Origin: Candidatus Poribacteria bacterium
Lineage (GTDB): Bacteria; Poribacteria; WGA-4E; WGA-3G
Length of the DNA stretch: 64,000 nucleotides
Assembly (NCBI GenBank): GCA_022826805.1
Contig: JAJDUH010000045.1
Coordinates: forward strand, 83,562 to 147,561
Direction of reading: 5' to 3'
Below, piece by piece: positions 10,989-20,021 of this stretch. A model generated the notes under the pieces. That model made no database searches, was not told the origin of the DNA, and saw only the letters and a list, made by a program, of their open reading frames with translations. Each line of letters begins with the position of its first letter. Positions within the stretch are counted from its first letter, which is position 1. Both the position numbers and the translations under genes were made by a program.

Positions 10989-12833
10989 ATGAATCACCAC
11001 ATAAAAACGAAACTGATTTTGTGTATTGGTCTAACCATCTGTTTCATAGGGTACACCGGGGCACAGGTCGAAAGCGAAACACCGATTGCAGATTATACCT
11101 TTGAGACGATTGAAGTGCCAGGTGTCGATTTTCTGGAGGTGGCTGCCAGTAACGATTTCGGGGATTACGCAGGGAACACTCGGAGCCCTGATGGTGAGAA
11201 AACCATCGGTTTCACATTGATAGACGGCGTTTTTACAACCTATGATTTTCCCGGGTCCCTGAATACCTTCTTCTATGCACTCGACAACGCTGGAAAAGCA
11301 GCCGGACACTACAAAGACACAGATGGACTTTACCACGGTGTCATCATGGAAGATGGGGAGCTCACGCAATACGATTTTCCCGGTGCTGCCCAAACCTTCA
11401 TCTACGGTCTTAGCGATGAAACAGGGGCACTGAGCGGCAATATTGTTGATGAAGCAGGCGTCAGCCGCGCCTTCTCAGGCGATATGCCAATTGCGTTCCC
11501 CGGAGCAGTAGCAACTTATGGCGACTTTGTCAACGCTGCAGGTGCTGTCGTCGGCAGCTACGTGGATGCCGATGGAATGCCGCATGGGTTCATACGTCAC
11601 CCCGATGGCAGTTTCACCACTATTGACCTTCCAAAAATGCCGAATCTTCAATTCCTATTTGTGAACACCATCACCGATGCTGGTGTTATCGGCTTCAGAG
11701 CCAAAGCTGTAGATGATGTTCTGCGGTCGTATATCCTCCTGCCAGATGGCACCCTCTATGAAGTGCAGCTCCCAGGCAGTGTTAGCACTGTCGTCCGAAA
11801 TGTTAATCAGGATGGAAGTATTATCGGTTATTACAACTTAGCAGACGGACGCAGGCTCGGCTTCGTCGGTAGACCGACACCACACCCCAATGGAGAAAAT
11901 TTCGGCAGTACTTTCTCTATGCACCTCTCTAAAGGTTTGAACATGTTGTCCGTGCCGTTGAAACCGACTGTCCACATGACAGCGCGTTCGCTCGCAGTAA
12001 AGACAGGCGCGACAACGGTCATCACGCTTGATTCTGCGAGCCAACAGTTTGTGGCATGGACCCCCAATGCCCCTGACGACGGCTTTCCAATCGAAGGGGC
12101 AAAAGGATATATCGCCAACCTACCAGAGACGCGCAACGTTGTCTTTACAGGCACAGGGTGGACGCATCAGATGCCAGTCGCTGCAGCACCGCTTGCCGTT
12201 ACCCCCTTGATAAGGGGGGACAGGGGGGTTTCCCAAAAAGCGTGGGCGTTCGTTGTTAGCGGGTATTTAGAAGGCGAGCATTATTATAACAATCATTACA
12301 TCAGAATCCAAAATCTCCGGACCAACACATCCACGAAAGCGCAGGTAAGGGGTAATTACTTCGCTGCTGCCACTGTTAATCTCAACTATCGGAGCGTCGT
12401 TGAACTCGGCGATACACTGGCGTTGACTGTAACCGATGCACACGGCAATATTGTCTCAGAAAAATTCAATTTTATCGTGAACCCGGTCAACCTTGCCAAT
12501 GCCGTTCTAAACGTGACACTTGAGGGCATCGGCACACCGAAACAGAGTTCACTCCTCCAGAACTATCCGAATCCCTTTAACCCTGAGACGTGGATTCCGT
12601 ACCGTCTTTCAGAAGCGGGTCCGGTTTCGTTATCTATTTACGACACAAAAGGCACCCTTATCCGAACGCTATCGCTTGGCAATCAGTCAGCGGGTTTCTA
12701 CCAGAATCGAGAGCGTGCTGCCTATTGGGACGGACGCAACGCCTTAGGTGAACCGGTAGCAAGTGGGGTCTATTTTTACCAGTTGGTAACGCCATCTTTC
12801 CAGCAGACACGGCGAATGCTCATTTTGAAATAG
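10989..12833 (+). CDS. Paralogous secreted repeat protein with 1 module and the same C-terminal domain
   Basis: One YTFETIEVPG module; NYPNPFNPETWIPY tail. Confidence 0.75.
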   Translation: MNHHIKTKLILCIGLTICFIGYTGAQVESETPIADYTFETIEVPGVDFLEVAASNDFGDYAGNTRSPDGEKTIGFTLIDGVFTTYDFPGSLNTFFYALDNAGKAAGHYKDTDGLYHGVIMEDGELTQYDFPGAAQTFIYGLSDETGALSGNIVDEAGVSRAFSGDMPIAFPGAVATYGDFVNAAGAVVGSYVDADGMPHGFIRHPDGSFTTIDLPKMPNLQFLFVNTITDAGVIGFRAKAVDDVLRSYILLPDGTLYEVQLPGSVSTVVRNVNQDGSIIGYYNLADGRRLGFVGRPTPHPNGENFGSTFSMHLSKGLNMLSVPLKPTVHMTARSLAVKTGATTVITLDSASQQFVAWTPNAPDDGFPIEGAKGYIANLPETRNVVFTGTGWTHQMPVAAAPLAVTPLIRGDRGVSQKAWAFVVSGYLEGEHYYNNHYIRIQNLRTNTSTKAQVRGNYFAAATVNLNYRSVVELGDTLALTVTDAHGNIVSEKFNFIVNPVNLANAVLNVTLEGIGTPKQSSLLQNYPNPFNPETWIPYRLSEAGPVSLSIYDTKGTLIRTLSLGNQSAGFYQNRERAAYWDGRNALGEPVASGVYFYQLVTPSFQQTRRMLILK

Positions 12834-12917
12834 GTAACACCTAAACATTGGCTGGACATACCGCTGGCGAGTTTTTTTAACCCCGCCTTTTAGGTTTGTT
12901 AAATACGCTTGTGAACA

Positions 12918-14033
12918 ATGCATTATCAATGCAACAAATGCAACAACACTTATCAAATCTCGCCTTTGCGCTATAAGTGTGACTGTGGGAGCCCACTGAA
13001 CCTCGTCTCGGATTCACACGTAACCCCGAACCCACAAGTTCCAGGGGCGATGTCGCTGTGGCGATACCGCGAGGCACTACCCATTGATGCAGAAACAGAG
13101 CTTGTCACCCTCGGCGAAGGTAGGACCCCTCTCATTCCACTTGAGACTGACACTCCTGAACATCTTTTAAAATTGGACTACCTCTGTCCGACAGGCTCTT
13201 ATAAGGATAGGGGTGCGTCTGTTCTGCTCACCCATCTTAAGGCACTTGGGGTCGATGCAGTTGTGGAAGATTCATCGGGCAACGCGGGTGCTGCAATTGC
13301 TGCATACAGCGCAAGAGCAGGTATCCAATGCACCATCTACTGTCCAGAATCTACTTCACAAGGGAAATTAAAACAGATTTCTGCTTACGGTGCCGAGTTG
13401 AAACTCGTACCCGGAAACCGCATGGCAACAACAGAAGCCGTGAAACTTGCCGCAGAGACCACATGCTACGCTTCCCACAATTGGCATCCCTTCTTCCTGG
13501 AAGGCACAAAGACCCTCGCTTATGAAATCGTTGAACAACTCGGATGGCGTGCCCCGACGCATGTCATCTGTCCGGTCGGATTCGGGAGTATCTATTTGGG
13601 ACTTTTTATAGGATTTCGCGAGCTACAAACACAAGGGATCATTGAAAACACACCCCGGCTCCTCGGTGTTCAGCCCGATGTTTGTTGCCCGATCTACAAT
13701 GCATACCTTGAAAATGCAACATCCATCTCAAGAATGAAACAAATGGGAGAGACACTTGCTGAGGGCATTACTGCCGAACTCCCCATCCGAAGCAACACGG
13801 TTTTGGAAGCACTCCGTTCCACAAATGGCGCATTCGCTACAGTCAACGCTGCGGACATTAAATCAGGCATAGAAACACTTGCAATCAAAGGGATATATGT
13901 TGAACCCACATCTGCCGTAGTCATTAAGGCATACCAGAAGTTTCAGCAGGAAAATATCATCCAAAAGGGTGATTTGACTGTCTCGATTCTTACAGGGATC
14001 GGTTTAAAAGCATCAAGTGCCCCGAAAGCGTAA
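12918..14033 (+). CDS. thrC: Threonine synthase-like PLP enzyme
   Basis: N-terminal CxxC..CxC, TLGEGRTPL, PTGSYKDRG (PLP lysine), SSGNAG, EPTSA. Confidence 0.8.
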   Translation: MHYQCNKCNNTYQISPLRYKCDCGSPLNLVSDSHVTPNPQVPGAMSLWRYREALPIDAETELVTLGEGRTPLIPLETDTPEHLLKLDYLCPTGSYKDRGASVLLTHLKALGVDAVVEDSSGNAGAAIAAYSARAGIQCTIYCPESTSQGKLKQISAYGAELKLVPGNRMATTEAVKLAAETTCYASHNWHPFFLEGTKTLAYEIVEQLGWRAPTHVICPVGFGSIYLGLFIGFRELQTQGIIENTPRLLGVQPDVCCPIYNAYLENATSISRMKQMGETLAEGITAELPIRSNTVLEALRSTNGAFATVNAADIKSGIETLAIKGIYVEPTSAVVIKAYQKFQQENIIQKGDLTVSILTGIGLKASSAPKA

Positions 14034-14270
14034 TTTAAGTTGACTTTTGAAATAGACGTTTGCTAAACTTAATAGAATGAACACTCCTTAAAAAAAGAAA
14101 ACTTGTGTAGGCAATGCGTATATTATCAATATCTTCAGCGTCAAAACTCCATGCTGAATCAACGGTATCAATGCCTATAGGCATTGCCCGAGCGTGGAGA
14201 TGTAGATGCTGTATTTGAATATTAAATCTAAAAAAAGGGACATTTGCGTAAAAGGTGTAGTATAATTGTA

Positions 14271-14360
14271 AGAGCACAGTTGGTAGAGAATAGCAGCCTC
14301 GTCGCAAGGCGAAGTCTCTACCACAACCGACTGCTATTGGGAACTCTGCTGGAGTCAACT
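14271..14360 (+). ncRNA. Candidate structured 5' leader (pseudoknot) upstream of tnpB
   Basis: TATAAT at 14261; TGGTAGAGA/TCTCTACCA 9-bp stem, crossing ATAGCAG/CTGCTAT stem, internal GCAA-tetraloop hairpin. Confidence 0.45.
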
Positions 14361-15575
14361 ATGCGAAATACCACACATAAACTTTTTCATGATAAGTCAT
14401 TGAAGCGTCTGCACAATGACCTAAATATCATAGGTATTGTCAGAAATCATTTCATTGCCTTGTCGATGCGATATTACCGTCGATACTGTAAAAGGCTTTC
14501 GTATTCTAAAATGTCGAAGCATTTAACGAAACTTAAGAGGCTTCCGAAGTATGCGTATTGGCGTATCCCCTACGCGTGGAGTGTTCAAAATATGCTCAAG
14601 CACTTGGCACGGAGTTTCAGAGAAATGCGAACGCTCAAAAGAGGACATCCACAGTTCAAGAAGTGTAAAAAACATAAAGGCATGGCGTTCTCTGGCGAAC
14701 AGGTTGTGATAGAACAAGTTTGCGAGAAACAAAAACATAAGAGAAATCATCCGACGTCTAAGGTTCGATTGAATGAACACTGGTATCATTTTGCGTTGCA
14801 CCGTAAGATACAAGGCGAAATCAAACAGGTTCAAGTTCATAGAGACGCACTCGGAGATATGTATATCACGTTCACTGAAGACTATAGCGAAGTTATACCT
14901 GAACCCAAGACGGGTAAAGCCGAAGGGTTTGACATGGGTATCAAAGACTTCCTGACTGGCAGTGACGGTCATAGATATACCTCTCCGATGTTCTACAAAC
15001 ACAATGCTAAAGAGTTAGCGAAAGCACAAAAGGCATATTCTCGTAAGGTCAAAGGCTCTAATAACCAAGAGCGTTCTCGTAAGCAAGTTGCTCGTATTCA
15101 TAAGAGAACTGCGAATCAAAGAGCAGACCACCATTGGAAACTTGCGATAGAGTTGTGCCGTAAGTTTGATATACTGTTCTTTGAAGACCTGAACCTTGAC
15201 GGAAACCTGAAACGTCTGTGGGGCAAACAGGTGTCTGACCTTGCCTTCGGTGAGTTTCTTGAAAAACTCAAGTGGCAATCGAAAAAACGGATCCGCTCGG
15301 TGCTGCAAATAGGGAAGTGGATACCTTCGACAAAAGCGTGTTGTGTTTGTGGGCATCATAATAAAAACCTAACCCTCGCAGATAGACGCTGGACGTGTCA
15401 AAGTTGTCATACCGATCTTGACCGTGACCAGAACGCTGCGATAAACATTCTTAGGGAGGGGGTAGCCTCCTTTGGGTTAGCAGCTGTAAGCCCTATAGTT
15501 GTGTCTAACATGATCGTAGGCATCTGTGTTGAAGCGTCCAGTCGGCTTCTGCATTCCACAAGTGCTTCTGCTTAA
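14361..15575 (+). CDS. tnpB: RNA-guided endonuclease TnpB
   Basis: RuvC-I GFDMG, RuvC-II FEDLN, Zn ribbon CCVCG..CQSC, RuvC-III DRDQNAAINI; ATG 14361 follows a GGAG RBS (ORF track start is 14244). Confidence 0.92.
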   Translation: MRNTTHKLFHDKSLKRLHNDLNIIGIVRNHFIALSMRYYRRYCKRLSYSKMSKHLTKLKRLPKYAYWRIPYAWSVQNMLKHLARSFREMRTLKRGHPQFKKCKKHKGMAFSGEQVVIEQVCEKQKHKRNHPTSKVRLNEHWYHFALHRKIQGEIKQVQVHRDALGDMYITFTEDYSEVIPEPKTGKAEGFDMGIKDFLTGSDGHRYTSPMFYKHNAKELAKAQKAYSRKVKGSNNQERSRKQVARIHKRTANQRADHHWKLAIELCRKFDILFFEDLNLDGNLKRLWGKQVSDLAFGEFLEKLKWQSKKRIRSVLQIGKWIPSTKACCVCGHHNKNLTLADRRWTCQSCHTDLDRDQNAAINILREGVASFGLAAVSPIVVSNMIVGICVEASSRLLHSTSASA

Positions 15576-15635
15576 CCATTGCAGAAGCCTCACCCTTTAG
15601 GGTGAGGTCTATCACAAAGGCTATGTATGGGAGAA
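15450..15635 (+). ncRNA. Putative TnpB omegaRNA/reRNA: scaffold overlapping the tnpB 3' end plus flank-derived guide; boundaries approximate
   Basis: Established TnpB architecture; terminal hairpin and TCAC end, then candidate guide AAAGGCTATGTATGGGAGAA. Confidence 0.5.
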
Positions 15636-16073
15636 AAAAGGCGTGAGAATCAGAAACGCGAATCCATTTTTACTGTACGTGATGCCGAATCTGCTGTCGT
15701 TACCTATACAATTCTACTGTTTATCTATATTGTGGGGATATGTGTTTATAAATGGATCACAGGTTGGAACGGCACCTTGGCTGTGCTGGTCGAGTTAGAT
15801 ACGAATTATCCGTGATTTAACCGCGCCGCGGTGGCGTGGATTATCTGTAAAGAAGGAGTTGATATTATGTTACGGCGTTATAACGAATGGCGTGTCGAAC
15901 ATGCACAAAACCTTGAAAAAGCCAAAGCTGCAGGCATTGCCGAAGGTAAAGCTGAACTATACCAAGAGATAATATCATGGAATGCACGTCGATTGGAAGC
16001 CGAGGCGAAGGGACTCCCATTCAACGAACCGATCCCAGGAAACGGCACCCCTCCCCCCTCCAAAGATGATTAA
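15627..16073 (+). pseudogene. Small membrane protein gene interrupted by TGA at 15813 (two in-frame fragments)
   Basis: 15627..15815 and 15831..16073 share a frame; TM segment in the first part, charged AEGKAE..WNARRLEAEAKG tail in the second. Confidence 0.5.
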
Positions 16074-16135
16074 GTCCTCCATACCGCAGCGGTTAATCGG
16101 TTCACCCTATTATTATTCCATCCGGGTAAAACACT

Positions 16136-17464
16136 ATGGGCACAGAAAATCGACCTGAGCTTATCAGGTTAATTACAGTGTGCGCGCTTATTCTGCTTTT
16201 TATTTTATTAATCGGGGCATTACGCGCACGAGAACATTCATTTTTCCGTATCGGTGCCATTAAGAGGGCAAATCAAGAGACACTCCCTGACACTGTCAAA
16301 CGGCGTGATAAACTGCAAAGCGATCGGTGGCCAGAAGGGTTTCGGCTCCTTCGCTACTGGTGGGTTGGCGGTTCAGCCGTTTATATCGCAGAGATGGATC
16401 GCACAGCGGCAGGTCTTCAATTTGATGTGGAACTCGCTAATAATAAAATCCTCGGACGCGAGACCATCACTGGTGCCACAAGACGACTCAGAAAAAAAGA
16501 GGACCCACCCCTCGCAGGTGTCAATGGGAGTTTCGGCATTCGAGAAGACAATCTCGGACGCGGTGGTATGATGTTTAATCTACACATCCAAAACGGTGAA
16601 CTGGTAAGTATTCCAATCCTGCTTGACAGATGGGGCTACTCGCCCCCATCTCCGTGGGGTGAAACCAGTTTCGGCGTAACCCCTGACGGTGATTTTCTTA
16701 TGGATGCGGTACAACTAAACGGTAAACTCCGTATTGAGAACGGTACCGCCGACCCGCTCTCAATCGACGCCGTTAATCAAATCTGTGACGCCTCGTGTCC
16801 TGTAGTTCTGTTTACGCCACGCTTTGGACGCACAACGCTAACCCGTCGATGCTATGAGTTCACACTTAGACAGATAAAACTCCCGCTCACCGGAAAATAT
16901 GAAAGCAGATTCGTTGTGACCGCGGTAAACCCGCGAGGTAATAGCACCATTCCGTCTGACGGTATCGTCCTTGCGATTGAACCACGACTCGCACGCGACT
17001 GGGAGAATAAAATTACCAAATCCACAGCAGGCACCTTGGAAATTGCGATCACACCTAAAAAGTGGCAACAGGTGCAGCAGGGCGTTGGCGGCAACCTACG
17101 GCTTGTCCGAGACGGCAAAGTTGAATCTGAACTTATTAACTTTGGAGAGTCGCGGGGAGGCAGCGCGTATAGGCATCGTAACGGTGCGCGTCGTCATCCG
17201 CGTAGTGCCTTAGGCTTCAACGACAAAAAACTGTTTCTTATCACTATTGACGGTAGACAACCCGGTTACAGTATGGGAATGACGCTCTATGAAATGGGAA
17301 CATTTTTCAGTGAACTCGGCATCAAACACGCTATCAACTTCGACGGTGGGAGTTCCTCAACACTCTGGGCATTGGGACGAGTTGCAAACAGCCCCGCACA
17401 CGGCTACGAGCGTCGTATCTTCAATATTGCCATGATTCGCGTCAGAGACGAAAATTCACAATGA
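16136..17464 (+). CDS. Phosphodiester glycosidase (NAGPA/DUF2233) family protein, membrane-anchored
   Basis: N-terminal TM; HPRSALG, DGRQ and NFDGGSS motifs. Confidence 0.8.
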   Translation: MGTENRPELIRLITVCALILLFILLIGALRAREHSFFRIGAIKRANQETLPDTVKRRDKLQSDRWPEGFRLLRYWWVGGSAVYIAEMDRTAAGLQFDVELANNKILGRETITGATRRLRKKEDPPLAGVNGSFGIREDNLGRGGMMFNLHIQNGELVSIPILLDRWGYSPPSPWGETSFGVTPDGDFLMDAVQLNGKLRIENGTADPLSIDAVNQICDASCPVVLFTPRFGRTTLTRRCYEFTLRQIKLPLTGKYESRFVVTAVNPRGNSTIPSDGIVLAIEPRLARDWENKITKSTAGTLEIAITPKKWQQVQQGVGGNLRLVRDGKVESELINFGESRGGSAYRHRNGARRHPRSALGFNDKKLFLITIDGRQPGYSMGMTLYEMGTFFSELGIKHAINFDGGSSSTLWALGRVANSPAHGYERRIFNIAMIRVRDENSQ

Positions 17465-17859
17465 AACCCCGACTACACCTTTTTGTTTTCATATTCTTAA
17501 TGCTGGCGTGTTCAAACAGAAACACACCGCGGGCAGTCAGCGAAGATTTCATTTATAACTATTACCAACACGCCGATCAAGAGGCAGCACTGCAACTCAG
17601 CCACGGTCTTGCCGCAGAAAAATTAGAAGACGAAATCGCACGCGTGCGTGAAGTCCGACAACCCGGAGAACAGATCGATGAGATGCCGAAAATCGAATAT
17701 GAACTCATCGGTAAAGAAGAAGCAACGACACACGCCTTATTCAACTACAAACTAACCATCAAAAACCGAAGCGGAACAACAACGCACACGCGAAATATCG
17801 TTATTAATACCGAAGAAATTGATGGACGATGGAAAGTCGTCAATTTTGATGAATATTAA
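17461..17859 (+). CDS. Hypothetical lipoprotein (NTF2-like)
   Basis: Lipobox LMLAC; C-terminal DGRWKV; 4-nt overlap with upstream gene. Confidence 0.6.
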   Translation: MKPRLHLFVFIFLMLACSNRNTPRAVSEDFIYNYYQHADQEAALQLSHGLAAEKLEDEIARVREVRQPGEQIDEMPKIEYELIGKEEATTHALFNYKLTIKNRSGTTTHTRNIVINTEEIDGRWKVVNFDEY

Positions 17860-17900
17860 AGTAGACAATTCTGGTAAAATACCTCTATGTCAAAAAAGAA

Positions 17901-18254
17901 ATGAGATCCATTTTCTGGATTGGAGACTCTAAGAAGAGGCTTTTAACATTTCCGTCCAGTGTGCGGCGCGAGATTGGTTTCGCATTAGAAAGAGCACAGG
18001 GAGGCTTAACACATCATCAAGCGAAACCCTTACGAGGGTTCTCGGGTGTATATGAGATTGTTAGCAATTATGCTCGGGATACCTATCGAGCAATTTACAT
18101 AGTCAATCTGGGGAAAATGATTTATGTGCTTCATTGCTTCCAGAAGAAATCGAAATTTAGGATAAAGACCCCAAAGAAAGAGATTGATTTAATCCGTAGC
18201 CGTTTGAATTCAGCAAAAGCACTTGTTCAAAAGGAGAACAAAAATGACGAATGA
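17901..18254 (+). CDS. RelE/HigB-like toxin (Gp49/DUF891 family)
   Basis: KPLRG..GVYEI..DTYRAIY..IYVLHCFQKKS..TPKKEIDLI. Confidence 0.85.
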   Translation: MRSIFWIGDSKKRLLTFPSSVRREIGFALERAQGGLTHHQAKPLRGFSGVYEIVSNYARDTYRAIYIVNLGKMIYVLHCFQKKSKFRIKTPKKEIDLIRSRLNSAKALVQKENKNDE

Positions 18255-18579
18255 AAAAATCGAATATGAAGTGGGAAGCGGCAATGTATTCAAGGATTTA
18301 GAAATTCCGAATCCAGAGGAATATCTCGCGAAAGCCCGCCTCGCTTTAATAATCTATGACATTATAACCGAAAAAAAACTTAAGCATGGCAAGGCAGCCA
18401 AGCAGCTTGGTATTAGTAAGCCTGAAGTCAAAGCACTTCTAAATGGTAGACTCGACGATTTTTCGATCGAACGTCTGTTTGCATTGCTCAGAAAATTGGA
18501 TCGAGATATTGAAATTGTCGTCCGCGCGAGACCTGCTGATACATCGCCTGCCGAGATTAGCATCTCGACTGCTGTCTGA
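18244..18579 (+). CDS. HigA-like XRE HTH antitoxin (HTH_37)
   Basis: GSGNVFKDL, AAKQLGISKPEV and FSIERL; overlaps toxin gene. Confidence 0.85.
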   Translation: MTNEKIEYEVGSGNVFKDLEIPNPEEYLAKARLALIIYDIITEKKLKHGKAAKQLGISKPEVKALLNGRLDDFSIERLFALLRKLDRDIEIVVRARPADTSPAEISISTAV

Positions 18580-18704
18580 AATATCCTGCACAACATATCT
18601 ACAAGACCCAGGCGCGAAGTTCCAAACAACGTTTAGGACGACTCCACGGAAATGAAAATCGTATTCCAGGCTCGTCTTACCGAACCGTAAGGAAAGTTTA
18701 AAAA

Positions 18705-19814
18705 ATGAAAACTGGAAAAGTCGCTGTCTTTACGCAGCCTCAAACACCGATGGAATTTCGTGAATATCCGATCCCATCTGTCACTTCGGACGACATACTT
18801 GTCCGAATCGACATGGCGAATATCTGCGGCTCTGATCTGCACTTTTGGCGTGGACACGGACCCAAAATCGAGGGTGGCATCCCTCAAGTCCTCGGACACG
18901 AAATGATAGGGACAATCGAAGCAATGGGGCGCAACGTTACAATGGATAGCACAGGGCAACCGTTGGCTGAAGGCGACCGTATCGCTTACTCCTACTACAA
19001 GCCGTGCCAACACTGCTGGATGTGCCTCAACGGAAAACCCGGGTGTCCCAACCGCTATCGAGATTGGCTCGGGGTTTCCAGCGAGCAGCCACCGCACTTC
19101 CACGGTGCTTACGGCGAATACTATTACATGAAACCCGGGCATTGGATTTTCAAGGTCCCCGACGAACTCCCAGATGCGCTTGTATCACCCATCAACTGTG
19201 CATTATCGGAAGTTATATACGGACTCAATCAGATCGGGATCACGCTCGGCGATACCGTAGTTATCCAAGGCGCAGGTGGACTCGGACTCTACGCAACAGC
19301 CATCGCAAAAGAAATGGGGGCAGGAAGAATCATCGTTTTTGACCGTCTGCCCGCACGTCTCGCGCTCGCCCAGGAATTTGGTGCTGATGAGACGCTCAAT
19401 GTTGACGAAGTGGACACGAAATCAAGGGTTGAATACGTACTCGATCAGACAGGAGGTATCGGTGCGGATCTCGTCGCTGAGTTTGTTGGATCCCCGCGTG
19501 TTTTGGCTGAAGGTATAGAAATGCTACGATGGGGCGGTCGTTACCTCTGGATCGGTAACATTAACCTCGGATTCCCGACAGAGATTGATCCAGGAAATAT
19601 TGTGCGCTGTAGTAAAGCAATCCGTGGGATTATCGTTTATGAACCGTGGGTTATTCCGCGGGCACTTGATCTCCTCATGCGTACACGCCACAAATACCCG
19701 TTCCACAAAATTATCTCCAATACCTTCCCGTTTAGTGATATTAACGAAGCCTTCTCTTACGCCGACAGCGGAGAAGCAATTCGCGTGGGATTGGAATTCA
19801 ATACGGCTCATTAA
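18705..19814 (+). CDS. Zn-dependent alcohol dehydrogenase (MDR family)
   Basis: CGSD, GHE, CxxCxxC..C structural Zn site, GAGGLG. Confidence 0.9.
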   Translation: MKTGKVAVFTQPQTPMEFREYPIPSVTSDDILVRIDMANICGSDLHFWRGHGPKIEGGIPQVLGHEMIGTIEAMGRNVTMDSTGQPLAEGDRIAYSYYKPCQHCWMCLNGKPGCPNRYRDWLGVSSEQPPHFHGAYGEYYYMKPGHWIFKVPDELPDALVSPINCALSEVIYGLNQIGITLGDTVVIQGAGGLGLYATAIAKEMGAGRIIVFDRLPARLALAQEFGADETLNVDEVDTKSRVEYVLDQTGGIGADLVAEFVGSPRVLAEGIEMLRWGGRYLWIGNINLGFPTEIDPGNIVRCSKAIRGIIVYEPWVIPRALDLLMRTRHKYPFHKIISNTFPFSDINEAFSYADSGEAIRVGLEFNTAH

Positions 19815-19829
19815 TTTCGTGCTTCAGAA

Positions 19830-20021
19830 ATGCGTAACTATCGAAAATTCAAGGACTATCATATTGAGCAGCTACGTGACCCGGAGGATGCCAAAATATA
19901 TCTTTCCGTCGCACTTGAGGATTATGAAAAAGACAAGAACATAGACGCGTTTTTACTCGCGGTCAGAGATATAATAGAAGCACAAAAAAACAATCACACA
20001 CAGCATGAGTCATCTGCATAA
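19830..20021 (+). CDS. Truncated or orphan addiction-module antidote (HI1420-like N-terminal part)
   Basis: EQLRDPEDAKIYLSVALE..AFLLAVRDI pattern; no HTH half and no adjacent toxin. Confidence 0.5.
   Translation: MRNYRKFKDYHIEQLRDPEDAKIYLSVALEDYEKDKNIDAFLLAVRDIIEAQKNNHTQHESSA

Larger units (their letters stand above)
14039..15615 (+). mobile_element. IS200/IS605-family (IS1341-like) tnpB-only element; left boundary tentative
   Basis: tnpB; right-end hairpin CCTCACCC-TTTA-GGGTGAGG (15588-15607) followed by TCTATCAC; no tnpA seen; left end inferred from TTTAA at 14034-14038. Confidence 0.6.

Noticed and set aside
3597-12833. Diversity-generating retroelement targets
   Set aside because: No reverse transcriptase in the window and no adenine-specific variation evident; repeats are coding domain duplications
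14281-14338. Bona fide HDV-like ribozyme
   Set aside because: Four extra bases between P3 and P1, no GG for P1.1 and no P4; kept only as a generic pseudoknot candidate
15813-15815. Third selenocysteine codon
   Set aside because: No redox motif; better explained by compensating indels
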